Source: Octopus sinensis (Eukaryota). Taken from it: DNA of 11,222 bases. Positions 8,054 to 11,222 of this stretch are shown here, in pieces. A program made the position numbers and the translations under genes. Position 1 is the first letter of the stretch, and every line of letters begins with the position of its first letter. The stretch covers positions 1 to 11,222 of the forward strand of contig NW_021827040.1 of NCBI RefSeq assembly GCF_006345805.1, written 5' to 3'. The notes under the pieces were generated by a model. It worked only from the letters and a program-made list of their open reading frames with translations, ran no database searches and had not been told where the DNA came from.

Positions 8054-8084
8054 TTTTCACTAAATGACAGCTGAGTTTACAGCT

Positions 8085-8479
8085 CGCCGAGCTGGCAGAA
8101 TCGCTAGCACGCCGGGCGAAATGCTTAGCCGTATTTCGTCTGCCGTTACGTTCTGAGTTCAAATTCCGCCGAGGTCGACTTTGCTTTCATCCTTTCGAGG
8201 CCGATTAAGTACCAGTTACGCACTGAGGTCGATGTAATCGACTTAATCCGTCTGTTTGTCCTTGTTTGTCCCCTCTATGTTTAGCCCCTTGTGGGCAAGA
8301 AAGAAACAGGTATTTCGTCTGCCGCTACATTCTGAGTTCAAATTCCGCCGAGGTCGACTTTGCCTTTCATCCTTTCGAGGCCAATTAAGTACCAGTTACG
8401 CACTGGGGTCGATGTAATCGACTTAATACCTATGTCTGTCCTATGCTTAGCCCCTTGTGGGTAGTAAAGAAATAGGTAT
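8085..8479 (+). mobile_element. tRNA-derived SINE family B with tandemly duplicated body
   Basis: Head gagctggcagaatcgctagcacgccgggcgaaatgcttagc, then unit 1 (8131-8309, 179 bp) and unit 2 (8310-8475, 166 bp), both starting gtatttcgtctgccg and containing B-box-like gagttcaaattcc. Confidence 0.9.
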
Positions 8480-8575
8480 GAGATCAGGGTAAGGATCTGT
8501 CCATCTATCAATTCATCTATCTATATCTCTGTGTGTTAGGTTTGGTGTACAGATATTGAACATTGAAAAAAAAAG

Positions 8576-8745
8576 GTCGACAGAATTTTGGAAAAAAATA
8601 TTTTTATTTATTCATTATTAATAGCGCTTTCTTCCGTTTCTGAAACTTGTCAAATAGAATTCTATTTGACAAGTTTGAGAAACGGAAGAAAGCGCTAATA
8701 ATAATGAATAAATATAAAGGGTTTTTTTCCCAAAATTCTGTCGAC
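8576..8745. repeat. 170-bp near-perfect spacerless palindrome (foldback/MITE-like)
   Basis: Axis 8659/8660; perfect over 8643-8676; 3 mismatches across 8601-8718; outer arms gtcgacagaattttgg / ccaaaattctgtcgac. Confidence 0.95.
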
Positions 8746-8756
8746 GGTTTTTCTTA

Positions 8757-8797
8757 ATATGTATATTTGTATGTATGTTTGTATGTATGTATGTATG

Positions 8798-8845
<48 letters not shown>
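8757..8845. repeat. (TATG)n-(TA)n microsatellite
   Basis: Direct reading. Confidence 0.9.
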
Positions 8846-8850
<5 letters not shown>

Positions 8851-8917
8851 TAAAACTCAAACGCATTACAAAGACATGCGTATGTACATATTATGTGTTC
8901 GAGTCTATATATATATA

Positions 8918-9077
8918 AACTTAGATAAACTTAGATATGTTTCGACCAGAGATTGGTCCAGGCCATGTGTAAATTAATAGCACCACCGGATAGGATTATT
9001 CGAATCCTGTTTAAGTCAAGTTTTGTTCAAGTAGTGAGTTCTTGTTGGGTGAGTTGTATCCAATTATGGGTGGCTTA
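8918..9077 (-). mobile_element. Short CR1-like LINE 3' end
   Basis: Minus strand encodes [21 protein letters not shown], then ggtggtgctattaatttacacatggcctggaccaatctctggtcgaaac and a (tatctaagtt)x2 tail; homologous to 2963-3100. Confidence 0.8.
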
Positions 9078-9091
9078 TATATGTATGTATG

Positions 9092-9192
9092 TATGGATGG
9101 ATGGATGGATGGATGGATGGATGGATGATGGATGGATGGATGGATGGATGGATGGATGGATGGATGGATTTGGATGGGTGGATGGGTGGATG
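9092..9192 (+). repeat. (GGAT)n microsatellite
   Basis: Direct reading. Confidence 0.95.
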
Positions 9193-9706
9193 GACTTGCA
9201 TTGAAGAATATGCATGCATACCTGGGTCTAGGAATTTGCTTATACCCAACTTGAATCAAAATATCTTGGACAATAACGATAAGATGTTCTTCTCCCCAGA
9301 AATGTCAAGTCCCAAGGACACAGGCATATTACAGTGTCTGGGGACGGAGGGAACATTCCAGTCCATTTGGGATTTTCCGTTCGTTAAAAGAAAACGAAAA
9401 GAAACAGTTAAGCTGTTGGATAAGACTTTCAACGGACATCAAAATAAGGAAGCGTTATCGAGTGGCCCTACGCTGCAAAGAGGAAGGGACAGAAAGAAAA
9501 AACTTGAGACAGATGAGGATACCAAATAGCCTTTTATTGTTTTTCGGTATTGTTCTTGGTAATTGTCTGCAGAGAAGTGAAGAAAAAGAATATCTTGGAA
9601 ACCAAAAAAAAAACTGAATCTATGGAAACTGAGATCAAGCGTTATGAGAGCCTCAACAACTAAGTGGAATGGCTGCCGTGTTTTGAGTCGGAAATGAGTT
9701 TCAGGC

Positions 9707-10275
<569 letters not shown>

Positions 10276-10470
10276 GTATAATTCGTATAAATGGACATTA
10301 AAAAAAAACCAAATAATACTCTAGCAGCACCATATAGAAGGGAATCAGATCTTTGTCCATTTCATTAGAAAGGTCAGCGGTTGACATTTTGTTTCACCAT
10401 CTCAAAGAAAATTAAGAACAACAAAAACACTGGAGTGAATAAAAAATAATAATTTTGAACATCATCCCTG

Positions 10471-10595
10471 CAACCACCACCACCCCCACAATGTTTGATG
10501 CCACTGCCAATAGCACCACCGCCACCAACACCACCACTACGAAACATCATTGCCAACAACGCCACCGCTACAAACAACAACAATAACACCACCAA
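10471..10595 (+). repeat. Degenerate (CCA/CAA)n tract, continuing at ~10896-11000 beyond the SINE
   Basis: Direct reading. Confidence 0.75.
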
Positions 10596-10597
10596 TT

Positions 10598-10893
10598 GAC
10601 CCTTCGTCGGTTACGACGACGAAGGTTCCAGTTGATCTGATCAACGGAACAGCGTTGAAATTAACGTGCAAGTGGCTGAGCACTCCACAGTTCTCAAGGA
10701 TATTCAGCATGACACATAATGTAACAAGGCTGGCCCATTAAATTACAGGTACAGCTCATTTTTTGTCAGCTGGGTGGACTGGAGAAACGTGAAATAAGGC
10801 CTCTTGCTCAAGGATACAACTCGCCGCCAGAATCGAACTCACGACTTTCCAATCGTGAGCCCCAAACCCCTAACCACTAAGCTATGCAGCTTC
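10598..10893 (-). mobile_element. tRNA-derived SINE, family C (CORE-like central motif), near full length
   Basis: Minus strand: A box tagcttagtgg (10874-10884), B box gagttcgattc (10830-10840), central ccttgagcaag..ctccagtccacccagctg..aaatgag, and twin hairpins at the 3' end. Confidence 0.8.
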
Positions 10894-11078
10894 ACTAACA
10901 CTACCAACACGACCCCCAACATAACTCCCGCTAATAACACCAATACCGACATAGTGACGACCAACACCACTACTACAAATAACAATAGCCTCAACAACAC
11001 TTATCCCCAAGAAACACGTGTCGGGTTGGAATTTGATGAGAAAGAATAATGATTTAATAAACAAAATTTGAAAACGTA

Positions 11079-11112
11079 TAATCTTCTCTACTCTAGGCAC
11101 AAGGCCCGAAAT

Positions 11113-11113
<1 letters not shown>
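11079..11113 (-). mobile_element. 3' tip of SINE family B, cut off by a microsatellite
   Basis: Reverse complement aatttcgggccttgtgcctagagtagagaaga matches 5669-5700. Confidence 0.8.
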
Positions 11114-11165
<52 letters not shown>

Positions 11166-11169
11166 TGTG

Positions 11170-11222
<53 letters not shown>
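11113..11222. repeat. (TA)n-(TG)n-(TA)n microsatellite
   Basis: Direct reading. Confidence 0.95.

Noticed and set aside
8576-8745. Cloning artifact suggested by SalI sites at both ends and EcoRI at the centre
   Set aside because: A 6-bp palindrome at the axis and mirrored sites are automatic in any palindrome, and arm mismatches indicate natural ageing.
10820-10893. tRNA gene on the minus strand
   Set aside because: A and B boxes are present but there is no intact acceptor stem; it is a SINE head.

Overview
AT-rich, microsatellite-dense eukaryotic DNA, almost all non-coding. The SINE and interspersed-repeat sequences resemble ones I recall from octopus (coleoid cephalopod) genomes; this is recognition from memory, not a database result. 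Most ORF-track entries are translated simple repeats. Supported content: (1) a compact Pol II promoter (reverse CCAAT, CRE, TATA) leading to a Kozak ATG micro-exon at 155-177, plus a second candidate first exon with the same splice phase at 4923-4948, so most of the window may be intron; (2) three decayed 3' ends of a CR1-like LINE; (3) several tRNA-derived SINE copies of three families, one with an 11-bp target-site duplication inside a 30-bp minisatellite; (4) a ~348-bp tandem repeat at 2005-2597 in which each unit carries a minimal type I hammerhead ribozyme core with a palindromic helix III (retrozyme/Penelope-like), the most notable item; (5) a 170-bp spacerless palindrome and a second microsatellite-cored foldback; (6) a unique segment with a perfect estrogen-response-element palindrome.
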